The notes beneath the pieces are model-generated. The model did not search any database. It was not told the DNA's origin and saw only the letters and a program-made list of their open reading frames with translations. The position numbers and the translations under genes were made by a program. 32,923 nucleotides of DNA. Source: Escherichia phage vB_EcoM-683R1. The stretch lies in sequence record ON470593. One strand, 5' to 3'. Shown in pieces: positions 9,403 through 18,536 of the stretch (position 1 is the first letter of the stretch; the number at the start of each line of letters is the position of its first letter).

Positions 9403-10868
9403 TGGCACGAAACAAACAAGCCCTGCGGCGAACTGCGCAGGCCACAGCTGATGGTTATGAGAATTTTATTGCCCGCGTAGGGATGCAGACACCTAACCAG
9501 CACTCAGCATCCACCTACCGGGCTAATTTCACCAGTCGTAACCGCATGCTGGTGGAATGGTCCTATCGTTCGTCCTGGATCATCGGCGAAGCAGTCGATG
9601 CTATCCCGGATGATATGACCCGCAAAGGCATTCGCATCACTTCGGAAATTGATGCAAAAGATCGTGGCATTCTCGAATCACAACTGGATGAGTTGCAAAT
9701 CTGGGATGCGCTGAATGACGTGCTGAAATGGTCGCGCCTCTACGGCGGCGCGGTGGGTTTCATCATGATTGAGGGGCAGGCACCAATGACCCCGCTGCGA
9801 CCCGAAACCATCGGTAAGGGCAAGTTTAAGGGAATTCTCCCGCTCGACCGCTGGATGATTGACCCGGTACTGACCCGCCGCATTAAAGATATGGGGCCGG
9901 ACCTGGGTAAACCTGAGTTTTACGATGTGGTGACCACAGCAACGGGAATTCCTGCCTGGCGCATTCATCACAGTCGACTGATTCGCTTTGATGGCGTCAC
10001 GCTGCCATTTCAGCAGAAGATGACCGAGAACGAATGGGGAATGTCGGTTGTAGAGCGTATCTGGGATCGTCTTACCGCGTTCGACAGCGCTACTGTCGGC
10101 GCGGCGCAGCTGGTCTACAAAGCGCATTTGCGTACCTACAGCGTGGAGAAGCTACGCGAGCTTATCGCACTTGGTGGTCCTGCGTATGAAGCGTTGCTGA
10201 AGAATATTGACCTGATTCGACAGTTCCAGAGCAATGAAGGCATGACTCTCATGGACTCGCGGGATAAGTTTGAAACCCATCAGTACAGCTTCAGTGGTCT
10301 GGATGACATCCTTTCACAGTTTGCAGAACAGATTAGTGGCGCTGTTGGTATCCCACTGGTGCGGTTGTTCGGACAGTCCCCGAAGGGATTTTCTACCGGC
10401 GATGCAGACCTTGCCAACTATTACGACCGGGTAAGCTCGTTGCAGGAGAGGCGTTTACGTCTTCCGGTGCGGCGGATACTGGACATCATGCATCGTTCGG
10501 AACTTGGCAAGCCGCTGCCGGACGATTTCACGTTTGAGTTTAACCCGCTCTGGCAAATGTCTGATGTCGATCGCTCAACGGTGGCGTTAAACACTACCAA
10601 CGCAATCAGTACAGCGCTGGGTGATGGTCTGATGACACTGAAAGCCGCTATGACTGATTTGCGAGAAAATTCTGACGTAACCGGCATCGGGGCATCCATT
10701 ACCGACGAGGACATCGAGAATGCCGAAGATGAAGCGCCGCCCGGCATCGGCGAACCTGATGACGAACCGCAGGAACCGTCAGGCGGAAATCCGGTATCGA
10801 ACCAGCCTACGCAGGATAGCGCGGGCGGTCGGGGACATCGTAAATGGTCACTACGATGGTTCAAATGA
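9402..10868 (+). CDS. Portal protein
   Basis: 488 aa immediately after TerL (ATGA-type overlap); acidic Pro-rich C-terminus; precedes head-morphogenesis gene. Confidence 0.65.
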   Translation: MARNKQALRRTAQATADGYENFIARVGMQTPNQHSASTYRANFTSRNRMLVEWSYRSSWIIGEAVDAIPDDMTRKGIRITSEIDAKDRGILESQLDELQIWDALNDVLKWSRLYGGAVGFIMIEGQAPMTPLRPETIGKGKFKGILPLDRWMIDPVLTRRIKDMGPDLGKPEFYDVVTTATGIPAWRIHHSRLIRFDGVTLPFQQKMTENEWGMSVVERIWDRLTAFDSATVGAAQLVYKAHLRTYSVEKLRELIALGGPAYEALLKNIDLIRQFQSNEGMTLMDSRDKFETHQYSFSGLDDILSQFAEQISGAVGIPLVRLFGQSPKGFSTGDADLANYYDRVSSLQERRLRLPVRRILDIMHRSELGKPLPDDFTFEFNPLWQMSDVDRSTVALNTTNAISTALGDGLMTLKAAMTDLRENSDVTGIGASITDEDIENAEDEAPPGIGEPDDEPQEPSGGNPVSNQPTQDSAGGRGHRKWSLRWFK

Positions 10869-11493
10869 CAGTATCACGGAAATTATTGAGGCGCTGGAGC
10901 GCTACAGTGAAATCATCACCCCCTGGGCGACAAAGGTCGCGGAAAACTTTACCGCCGATATTGTGCGCAAGAATGATGAGCAGTGGCGTAAACACAGCAA
11001 AACCATCAGCCGTGAGCTACGCAATCTGGTAAACAGTGCCCCGCCAGGGCAGGTGATGAAATCCATCGTTGCTGAACAGGTTAAGTACATTAAATCGCTA
11101 CCCCTCGAGGCGGCTGACAGGGTGTACGACATCCAGAATCGGGCGATTGAAGCTGTTGTGACCGGTGGGAGAGCGGAACATTTTGCTAAAGAAATAGCCG
11201 CATCGGGTGATATAGCAAAGTCCAGAGCTGACCTGATTGCCCGTACTGAACTTGGACGTGCAACCGGCGCGCTGGATCAGGCGCGTGCGCTGGCAATTGG
11301 TTCGAATGGTTATATCTGGCGTACAGCCGAAGATGGTGACGTCAGGCATTCTCATCGGGAAATGGAAGGTAAATTTGTCGAATGGGGCAAACCTCCAACG
11401 CTTGATGGCATGACCGGTCACGCTGGCGAGCTCCCGAATTGCCGCTGTTATAAAGAAATCGTTTTTCCCACCTCCCATTCTTATCCCGCCTGA
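10720..11493 (+). CDS. Head morphogenesis protein (Mu F / SPP1 gp7-like); true start uncertain, ORF overlaps portal by about 150 nt
   Basis: 257 aa; position after portal; C-terminal region resembles Mu F family by recollection (…ARTELGRATG…GELPNCRCY). Confidence 0.65.
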   Translation: MPKMKRRPASANLMTNRRNRQAEIRYRTSLRRIARAVGDIVNGHYDGSNDSITEIIEALERYSEIITPWATKVAENFTADIVRKNDEQWRKHSKTISRELRNLVNSAPPGQVMKSIVAEQVKYIKSLPLEAADRVYDIQNRAIEAVVTGGRAEHFAKEIAASGDIAKSRADLIARTELGRATGALDQARALAIGSNGYIWRTAEDGDVRHSHREMEGKFVEWGKPPTLDGMTGHAGELPNCRCYKEIVFPTSHSYPA

Positions 11494-11507
11494 ATCGCAG
11501 GTAACAC

Positions 11508-12728
11508 ATGAAATATTTTTTCAATACCCGGCTGGGGGAAACCCGCTATCAGCTGGCTGACGGCTCGTTGCTGTGCAAAGACGTGCCGATAGGACGAACA
11601 GGTAAGCAGCTCTATGGTGCTGATGACCTGCCAAAACTGAAACCCGATAAGTTCGGTGAAATAGTCGTCACGCGTTCTCCTGAGCAGGTATTCCATCCGG
11701 CCACGCTCGCCTCATTCGAAGGGATGAGCATCACGATCCTGCATCCTGAAGATGAAAACGGGAATGTGCGGCTGGTAAATCCCGAGAACTGGAAAGAGCT
11801 TGCTGTCGGGCACCTCCAGAATGTCCGGCGCGGGACGGGTGAGCAGTCTGATTTGATGCTGGCTGACCTTATCGTCAAAGACGAAAACGCCATTCAGCTT
11901 ATCGAAGATGGCCTGCGAGAAGTGTCGTGCGGCTATGACGCGGAGTACGAGCAGACCGAGCCAGGTAAAGCCGGGCAGGTCGATATTACCGGAAACCATG
12001 TGGCTCTTGTCCCCAAAGGCAGAGCCGGAAATCGTTGTGCAATTGGAGACAGAGACACAATGGCAAATCAAAAGAAAAACTGGTGGAACCGCATGCGTGC
12101 AGCCATCAAGACAGGAGATGCCGACACCATGAACGAACTGGTGGAGTCGGCTCCCGCATCGGTTACAGGAGATGAGGGGGATTTGCCGCAGGGCGTTAAT
12201 CTCAACATCAACCTGTCCCCGCAGCAACCACTACCGGACAAAGCACCAGAGATGGGTGGAGGTCCAACCGGCGACAGTGATGATGACCTCAAAACATTAC
12301 TGAAAGCCCTGCTGGCTAAGCTGGAAGGAAATGCCACGGGCGATAACGATAATAAGCCTGACGATAATCCGACCGGTGACGGCGAGGACGATGAAGAGGA
12401 AACCACGATTACTGGTGACTCAGCCTGGCGTGCCGAAGTTATCGTTCCGGGTATCGATCTGAGCCGTAAGATGAAACCGACCGAGTTCAAACGCGAGGTT
12501 CTGGCTTCCGCAGATAAAACGCTGGTTCGCCAGATTGTCGGTGATGCGGATATCCGCAAATTGCCGAAACAATCGGTCGACATGGCGTTTAATGCCGTGT
12601 CTGAGATTGCCAAAGGGCGAAACACCCGCGCCACCACCGGCGATGCACAGCGCCTAAACATGGGCATGACCAGTATCGCTTCCCTGAACAAACAAAACGC
12701 TGAATTCTGGGCAAACCGTAAAGGGTAA
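11508..12728 (+). CDS. Head scaffold / prohead-processing-like protein with acidic low-complexity linker
   Basis: 406 aa; D/E/G/N-rich segment (GDSDDD…GDGEDDEEETT) about 12240-12420; position between morphogenesis and capsid genes. Confidence 0.5.
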   Translation: MKYFFNTRLGETRYQLADGSLLCKDVPIGRTGKQLYGADDLPKLKPDKFGEIVVTRSPEQVFHPATLASFEGMSITILHPEDENGNVRLVNPENWKELAVGHLQNVRRGTGEQSDLMLADLIVKDENAIQLIEDGLREVSCGYDAEYEQTEPGKAGQVDITGNHVALVPKGRAGNRCAIGDRDTMANQKKNWWNRMRAAIKTGDADTMNELVESAPASVTGDEGDLPQGVNLNINLSPQQPLPDKAPEMGGGPTGDSDDDLKTLLKALLAKLEGNATGDNDNKPDDNPTGDGEDDEEETTITGDSAWRAEVIVPGIDLSRKMKPTEFKREVLASADKTLVRQIVGDADIRKLPKQSVDMAFNAVSEIAKGRNTRATTGDAQRLNMGMTSIASLNKQNAEFWANRKG

Positions 12729-12731
12729 AAA

Positions 12732-13238
12732 ATGAATAATGTATTTCTGTACCGGATGCCTGTTGGCATTGCCGGGGCTGTCTCTCGCCCGCAGGACTTA
12801 ACCGTCGAACCGGTGGTCCTTAAATCCGATAACGCCTTCGCTGCCTATGGCCTGGCTGGTAAATACGATGATGACGGTTTTTTCGTGCCGCTGGCAGATG
12901 GTGATACCGCAGACAAGGTAAAGGGGATCTACGTGCGCCCTTATCCGACCACGTCGCAGCCGGACATGGTTCGCCAGGTGGGAACAGGCAAGAACTTCCC
13001 GGGCGACGCCATGAAGCGTGGCTACGTGACTGTTAATCTCGGTTCTGATTTTGATGCCAGCACCATCAAAAAAGGCGACCCGGTATACGTTGTCGTCTCC
13101 ACTGATGAATCCATCAAAGTGCCGCTGGGGGGATTCATGTCCACGTCAGTCAGTGGCAAAAATGTGGTGCTGACCAACGCTGAATTCACAGGTGCCGGTG
13201 ATGCTGACGGCAATGCAGAAATTTCCTGGAAGATTTAA
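12732..13238 (+). CDS. Head structural / decoration-like protein
   Basis: 168 aa; synteny immediately upstream of the putative major capsid gene. Confidence 0.45.
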   Translation: MNNVFLYRMPVGIAGAVSRPQDLTVEPVVLKSDNAFAAYGLAGKYDDDGFFVPLADGDTADKVKGIYVRPYPTTSQPDMVRQVGTGKNFPGDAMKRGYVTVNLGSDFDASTIKKGDPVYVVVSTDESIKVPLGGFMSTSVSGKNVVLTNAEFTGAGDADGNAEISWKI

Positions 13239-13249
13239 GGAACAGACGA

Positions 13250-14191
13250 ATGATTACTTTTGATCAGGCAACCGTTGACAGCTCTGGTGCCTTTCTCATC
13301 GGGGAGCTGGAGCGACTCGACCAGACGCTGAACCTGCCACTGGTGGGGTACACCTGGACCCGCGATATTCAGTTGCGTGAAGATGTCTCTATCGCAGATG
13401 ACATTTCCAGCTGGACGAATACCAGCTTCGCCGCTGCGGGTACTGGTGCAAATCCGAATGGCAAAAACTGGGTAGGCAAAGACTCAACCGCTATTGCTGG
13501 CGTGAACGTGGATATCGGCAAATCCGGTAACCCGCTGAACCTGTGGGGGATGGAACTTGGCTGGACGGTCATAGAATTGCAGGCTGCTCAGCAGGTCGGC
13601 CGCCCGATTGATACGCAGAAGTATGACGGTATGCAACTGAAATGGCAGATGGATAACGATGAACAGGTATATGTTGGCGATTCCGCATTAAACCTGAAAG
13701 GCCTTGTTACCCTGGACGGCGTGCCTGTCAACAACGCTGCCAAAACGTGGGCAACCTCAACACCGGACGAAATCCGCGCAAGCATTAACCAGGTGCTGTC
13801 TGATGCGTGGGCCGCTTCCGGTTACTCTGTGGTTCCGCGTGATTTGCTGATCCCGCCTGAGCAGTTTGCTCTGTTGTCCAGCATCATCGTTTCATCTGCG
13901 GGTAACCAGTCCCTGTTGACGTATCTTCAGACCAACACCATCAGCTATCACCAGAACGGTGTTCCGCTGAATATCCGCGCGGTTAAATGGCTGAAAGGCC
14001 GTGGTGTGAGGAAAAAGGATCGCATGGTTGCGTACACCAACGATAAAAAATACGTTCGCTACCCGCTGGTTCCGCTTCAGAGCGTGCCGGTGCAGTATCG
14101 CGGTCTGTATCAGATCGTCACTTACTACGGCAAGCTGGGTGCGGTTGAGCCAGTGTACAAAGAAACCATTTCGTACGTTGATGGCATTTAA
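13250..14191 (+). CDS. Major capsid protein (putative)
   Basis: 313 aa; strong AGGA RBS; position and size consistent with the capsid gene of SfV/Mu-like head modules. Confidence 0.6.
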   Translation: MITFDQATVDSSGAFLIGELERLDQTLNLPLVGYTWTRDIQLREDVSIADDISSWTNTSFAAAGTGANPNGKNWVGKDSTAIAGVNVDIGKSGNPLNLWGMELGWTVIELQAAQQVGRPIDTQKYDGMQLKWQMDNDEQVYVGDSALNLKGLVTLDGVPVNNAAKTWATSTPDEIRASINQVLSDAWAASGYSVVPRDLLIPPEQFALLSSIIVSSAGNQSLLTYLQTNTISYHQNGVPLNIRAVKWLKGRGVRKKDRMVAYTNDKKYVRYPLVPLQSVPVQYRGLYQIVTYYGKLGAVEPVYKETISYVDGI

Positions 14192-14232
14192 CAGCCACAT
14201 GGCCCCCTGGCGGGGCCATTAAGGATGACCCG

Positions 14233-14454
14233 ATGGCAAAAAATAATGCAGTAATACACGTACATACCCCGTTTGTGCTCACGCTTCCCGACGGTTCACG
14301 GCGCGAGTTTGTTAAAGGCCGTCATGCTGTGGAGGAAGACGTTGCCACGCACTGGTTCACTCGTGCGCACGCGGAAGTATCCGTTGGCAAAGCCACAGAC
14401 GCGCGTAACGAGGTAAAAAATGCCAAAGAATCAAAATCTGCCAGCGGTAAGTGA
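14233..14454 (+). CDS. Small phage protein (head-tail region)
   Basis: 73-aa ORF with RBS, in the structural operon. Confidence 0.4.
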   Translation: MAKNNAVIHVHTPFVLTLPDGSRREFVKGRHAVEEDVATHWFTRAHAEVSVGKATDARNEVKNAKESKSASGK

Positions 14455-14827
14455 TTTTCGCCGCGACTTCCCGCAGTTTGCTGACCCTGCCAAATATCCC
14501 GAAGCGCAAATCCAGTTTCGTCTGAATCTGGCCGATGAACTGCTGAGCGAAAACGTCACCGGCAAAAAGTTGTTTCCGTATTTTGCCGGATTGTTCGTTG
14601 CACACTACATGACGCTCTGGGCGGCAGACAGCCGGGCGATGCTGGCTGGCGGGCCGGGCGGTTCAACCAATGGTGTTCAGTCCTCAAAGTCCGTTGACAA
14701 GGTAAGCGTCAGCTATGACACCAGCGCGACGCTGAATCCTGATGCAGGTTTCTGGAATAACACCCGATATGGCGCTGAATTTTATCAGTTGATCACGATG
14801 TTCGGTGCAGGCGGTCGCCAGCTATGA
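14420..14827 (+). CDS. Head-tail connector/completion protein
   Basis: 135 aa; operon position between capsid and sheath. Confidence 0.5.
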   Translation: MPKNQNLPAVSDFRRDFPQFADPAKYPEAQIQFRLNLADELLSENVTGKKLFPYFAGLFVAHYMTLWAADSRAMLAGGPGGSTNGVQSSKSVDKVSVSYDTSATLNPDAGFWNNTRYGAEFYQLITMFGAGGRQL

Positions 14828-15378
14828 GTTTCAAAAGCGGTGTAACAACGAGGGTGGATAACGCTAAGGCCATTCTGGATGCGCTCAGGTCGTTAACCAA
14901 AAAAGATGTGCTGGTCGGCATCCCTTCGGAAGACAGCGGGCGGGATGATGTTCCGTTTGGTAATGCGGGCATCGGTTACCTCAACGAATACGGCTCACCA
15001 GAGCAGAACATCCCGCCACGACCTCACCTGGTCCCCGGCGTTAAATCGGCAGAAGAGCAGACGGTGCCGCAGCTCAAAACCGCGGCGCAGGCTGCTCTTG
15101 ATGGTAATGCTGCGGGAGCAGAACGCGCACTCAACCGTGCCGGAACGCTGGCCGCTAATGGCGTCAGGCGTTACATGACTATTACCGGCTTTACGCCGCT
15201 TGCTGACAGCACTGTTGAAGCCCGGGCTCGTCGGGGGCGCAAGGGGGCAACACTGGAACTTGCCCGGCGTGTTGCTGGCGAATCTCCCGGAACCGATCTG
15301 GCGAAACCATTAATTGACACCGGGCAATATCGCAGAGCTATTACCCATGTAGTGAGGGATAAAGATGCCGACTCTTGA
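14824..15378 (+). CDS. Head-tail joining protein
   Basis: 184 aa; start overlaps upstream stop (ATGA coupling). Confidence 0.5.
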   Translation: MSFKSGVTTRVDNAKAILDALRSLTKKDVLVGIPSEDSGRDDVPFGNAGIGYLNEYGSPEQNIPPRPHLVPGVKSAEEQTVPQLKTAAQAALDGNAAGAERALNRAGTLAANGVRRYMTITGFTPLADSTVEARARRGRKGATLELARRVAGESPGTDLAKPLIDTGQYRRAITHVVRDKDADS

Positions 15379-15754
15379 TGTAACAGATGTGCTTTTTGAC
15401 CCCGATTTTTGCGGCTTCAATTTGTGGGTAACACGCCGAGTGCAAACGGTGGATGAGGACGGGATCGGCAGCGACAGTGAAGTTAAAAAGCAGTTTGCCG
15501 GAGTCGTAACTGTTGATCGCTCTCTGGAAAACCGTCGTATGCAGGCCGGGCAGGTAATCAGTGGTGCAATTCTGATTGTGACGACTGAGCGACTGACACA
15601 GGGACAGACTGGCCGTGATGCCGATATCGTGACGTATCAGGGCCGTGATTATCGTGTGACTTTCGTCGACCCGTATACAGCGTATGGTGCCGGATTCGTT
15701 CAGGCGCATTGTGAGTTGATGCCGTTTGATGGGGGAACTCCGGTTGAGCAATAA
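15365..15754 (+). CDS. Head-tail joining / tail completion protein
   Basis: 129 aa; overlapping, translationally coupled. Confidence 0.5.
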   Translation: MPTLDVTDVLFDPDFCGFNLWVTRRVQTVDEDGIGSDSEVKKQFAGVVTVDRSLENRRMQAGQVISGAILIVTTERLTQGQTGRDADIVTYQGRDYRVTFVDPYTAYGAGFVQAHCELMPFDGGTPVEQ

Positions 15755-16292
15755 CACCAGTACAGAGCGCGGATGGTTAATACCAACCAGTGGCGATCCG
15801 GATTATGACGAAGCGCTCGACAGGCTGTTAAGCCAGTGGATGCGTAACGTTTCCGGCCTGTCTGCCGGGATGGTTCGCCCGCGCTGGCAGAAAGAGCAGC
15901 CGCCACTGCTACCGGTTGAAACGAACTGGTGTGCGTTTGGGGTTATCGGATGGTCAGGTGATGACAGTCCGGCATTCACCAGACAGACCGATGATGGCTC
16001 TCAGCTCTGGCGGCATGAAACGATTGAGTGTATGGCTTCGTTTTATGGACCGGCGGGGATGGTGTATGCGTCCCGGTTTCGTGACGGTATATCTGTGCCG
16101 CAGAACAATGCAGCACTGAATGCGCTGGGGCTGTCTCTTGGCGATTACACAGGTCTGACTCCCTTCCCTGAACTTATTAATCAGCAATGGGTCCGCCGCT
16201 ACGATATGACGGTGCGCCTGCGCCGGAAGGTTGTGCGCGAGTACGGTATTAAATCGCTGGTGGAAGCACCAGTCATCTTTTTCGGAGATTAA
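15726..16292 (+). CDS. Tail completion / neck protein
   Basis: 188 aa; immediately upstream of sheath. Confidence 0.5.
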   Translation: MMGELRLSNNTSTERGWLIPTSGDPDYDEALDRLLSQWMRNVSGLSAGMVRPRWQKEQPPLLPVETNWCAFGVIGWSGDDSPAFTRQTDDGSQLWRHETIECMASFYGPAGMVYASRFRDGISVPQNNAALNALGLSLGDYTGLTPFPELINQQWVRRYDMTVRLRRKVVREYGIKSLVEAPVIFFGD

Positions 16293-16295
16293 GCT

Positions 16296-17441
16296 ATGGC
16301 ACAGGGCTTGCCTGTATCAAACGTTGTTAATGTTGATGTGATCATGTCGCCGCGTGCAGCATCAGGGCGAAATTTTGGTGCATTACTCATTCTCGGCCCG
16401 TCCACAATCATTCCGGTAAGTGAGCGCATTCGCCGTTATTCTGCCGCGGAAGATATTGGAAAAGATTTTGGCGTGGAATCACCAGAATATAAAGCTGCGC
16501 AGGTGTTTTTCTCACAATCACCGAAACCTCAGGAGGTTTTTGTTGGTCGTTGGGTGAAAACGAAGGGAGACAGCGAACAGGCCACGCCTGAGACGCTGGA
16601 GCAGGCTGTGAATGCCATGCTTGATTATACTTCATGGTATGGGCTGGGGATTGCAGACGATGCAGATATTCCGGATGCAGACTGGCTGAAAGTGGCTGCG
16701 GCGATCGAATCCTCTTCTGTAAGCCGTATTCTGGCGATTACGACAAGCGATGAGAAATGCCTGCAGACTGCATCCAGAGATGATTTGGCATCAAAACTGA
16801 AAAGCGCCGGATATTCACGCAGTTTTATACAATATTCATCGGGTAATAAATTCGCTGCGTTATCTGCATTTGGCCGGGCATTCACGGTTAATTTCAATGG
16901 CAGTAATACCGCGATTACGCTCAAGTTTAAGCAGGAGCCGGGTGTCGGGTATGAAACACTGACAGTCAGCCAGGCATCGGCACTTGATGCAAAAAACTGC
17001 AATGTGTTCGTGTACTACCAGAATGATACAGCTATCCTCCAGCAGGGAGTGATGGCTAACGGCGATTTCTTTGATGAACGCCACGGCCTGGACTGGTTAC
17101 AGAATTATGTGCAGACCAACCTCTATAACCTGCTTTATACCAGCACCACGAAGGTTCCCCAGACTGAAGCCGGTATTACCCGACTGTTATCAAATGTTGA
17201 AAAATCACTGGATCAGGCCGTTCAGAATGGACTGATTGCTCCGGGCGTATGGAACGGTGGCGACCTTGGCCAGTTGTCATCAGGTGACACGCTGCCCAAA
17301 GGTTATTACGTATACGCCCAGCCGCTGGATGAACAGGCACAATCAGAACGTGAAGCCCGTAAGGCTCCGGTGATTCAGGCTGCAATAAAACTTGCAGGCG
17401 CGGTTCATTACGCTGACGTACAGATTAACGTTGTTCGCTAA
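16296..17441 (+). CDS. Contractile tail sheath protein
   Basis: 381 aa; followed directly by a tube-sized gene, chaperone and tape measure (Mu L-M-like order). Confidence 0.75.
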   Translation: MAQGLPVSNVVNVDVIMSPRAASGRNFGALLILGPSTIIPVSERIRRYSAAEDIGKDFGVESPEYKAAQVFFSQSPKPQEVFVGRWVKTKGDSEQATPETLEQAVNAMLDYTSWYGLGIADDADIPDADWLKVAAAIESSSVSRILAITTSDEKCLQTASRDDLASKLKSAGYSRSFIQYSSGNKFAALSAFGRAFTVNFNGSNTAITLKFKQEPGVGYETLTVSQASALDAKNCNVFVYYQNDTAILQQGVMANGDFFDERHGLDWLQNYVQTNLYNLLYTSTTKVPQTEAGITRLLSNVEKSLDQAVQNGLIAPGVWNGGDLGQLSSGDTLPKGYYVYAQPLDEQAQSEREARKAPVIQAAIKLAGAVHYADVQINVVR

Positions 17442-17451
17442 GGGGAAGTGA

Positions 17452-17892
17452 ATGTCTACCTATTCTTTTATGGATGTCACTGCGACGCTGACCGGGCCGA
17501 CCGGTTCGATTGACCTCGGGTACGGTTCGGCAAGTTCTGAAGAGGGGATTGTGGTTGCGATGGGCGGTCCTAAAAACACCATGACCATCGGTGCTGATGG
17601 TGAAGTGATGCACAGCCTCCATGCAGATAAAAGCGGGACGATTACCGTTAACCTTCTGAAGACATCACCGACAAATAAAAAATTGTCGCTGGCGTATAAC
17701 GCACAGAGCCAGTCTTCTGCCACATGGGGGAATAACGTTATCGTTATCCGCAACAAGGTCAGCGGCGACATCATCACGGCACGCAGTGTTGCGTTCCAGA
17801 AACAACCGGATAACGCCAACGCTAAAACCGGTAATACGATGCCGTGGGTGTTTGACTGCGGCAAGATTGACCAGGTTCTCGGGGAGTTTTAA
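17452..17892 (+). CDS. Tail tube protein
   Basis: 146 aa; between sheath and chaperone. Confidence 0.7.
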   Translation: MSTYSFMDVTATLTGPTGSIDLGYGSASSEEGIVVAMGGPKNTMTIGADGEVMHSLHADKSGTITVNLLKTSPTNKKLSLAYNAQSQSSATWGNNVIVIRNKVSGDIITARSVAFQKQPDNANAKTGNTMPWVFDCGKIDQVLGEF

Positions 17893-17895
17893 TGC

Positions 17896-18348
17896 ATGGA
17901 ATTCGAAATTAAAGGCGTGAAATATCGCACGGCAAAACTCAGCGTTTTTGACCAGCTGAAAGTGACCCGCAAACTTCTGCCGGTGCTGGCAGGAATGATG
18001 TCAGATTTCGGGAGTATTCGCTCCCGTTTGCCTGCTGACGGCAAAATCGACACCGTGAAATTCGAACAGTTAAAACCGGTGTTTGAAACCATGCTCCCGC
18101 GTATCGCTGAGGAACTGTCTTCCCTGACCGAAGATGACACCGATGCGATTATTCATCCCTGTCTTGCGGTGGTATCGCGGCGTCATATGGACGGATGGGT
18201 GCCGGTATTTACCCAGGGCGAACTGATGTTTGATGATATTGACTTGCTGGTCATGCTGCAGCTGGTGGCGCGGGTGGTCGCCGATTCGCTGGGAAATTTT
18301 TTGCCTACACCCCTTACCAGCACGACGCAGAGCCTGCAACAGGGCTGA
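17896..18348 (+). CDS. Tail assembly chaperone (G-like)
   Basis: 150 aa; between tube and tape measure; slippery run near the 3' end. Confidence 0.6.
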   Translation: MEFEIKGVKYRTAKLSVFDQLKVTRKLLPVLAGMMSDFGSIRSRLPADGKIDTVKFEQLKPVFETMLPRIAEELSSLTEDDTDAIIHPCLAVVSRRHMDGWVPVFTQGELMFDDIDLLVMLQLVARVVADSLGNFLPTPLTSTTQSLQQG

Positions 18349-18536
18349 CGTTTAACAGCCTGCCGGACGGGCTGTCCTACCTTCTCAATCCGGTTGACGC
18401 CGGGTTAATTCCTTATACAGCACTTAAAGATGGCTCTGTCGATTTGTATGACATTGCTCTCTTGAATGACCATCTGGCGGTAAAAGCGGATAACCAGCGA
18501 CGCATTGAGAAATGGAGAGAGGATAATGAACGCTGA
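17896..18536 (+). CDS. Predicted -1 frameshift-extended chaperone isoform (GT-like)
   Basis: Slippery heptamer T_TTT_TTG at 18297-18303; the -1 frame stays open from 18303 to TGA at 18534-18536 (…EPATGLTFNSLPDGLSYLLNPVDAG…IEKWREDNER), ending inside the tape-measure start region. Confidence 0.4.

Noticed and set aside
12068-12769. 233-aa minus-strand ORF antisense to the scaffold gene (also 11712-12227)
   Set aside because: Ser/Pro-rich low-complexity translation mirroring the acidic repeat on the coding strand; shadow ORF.
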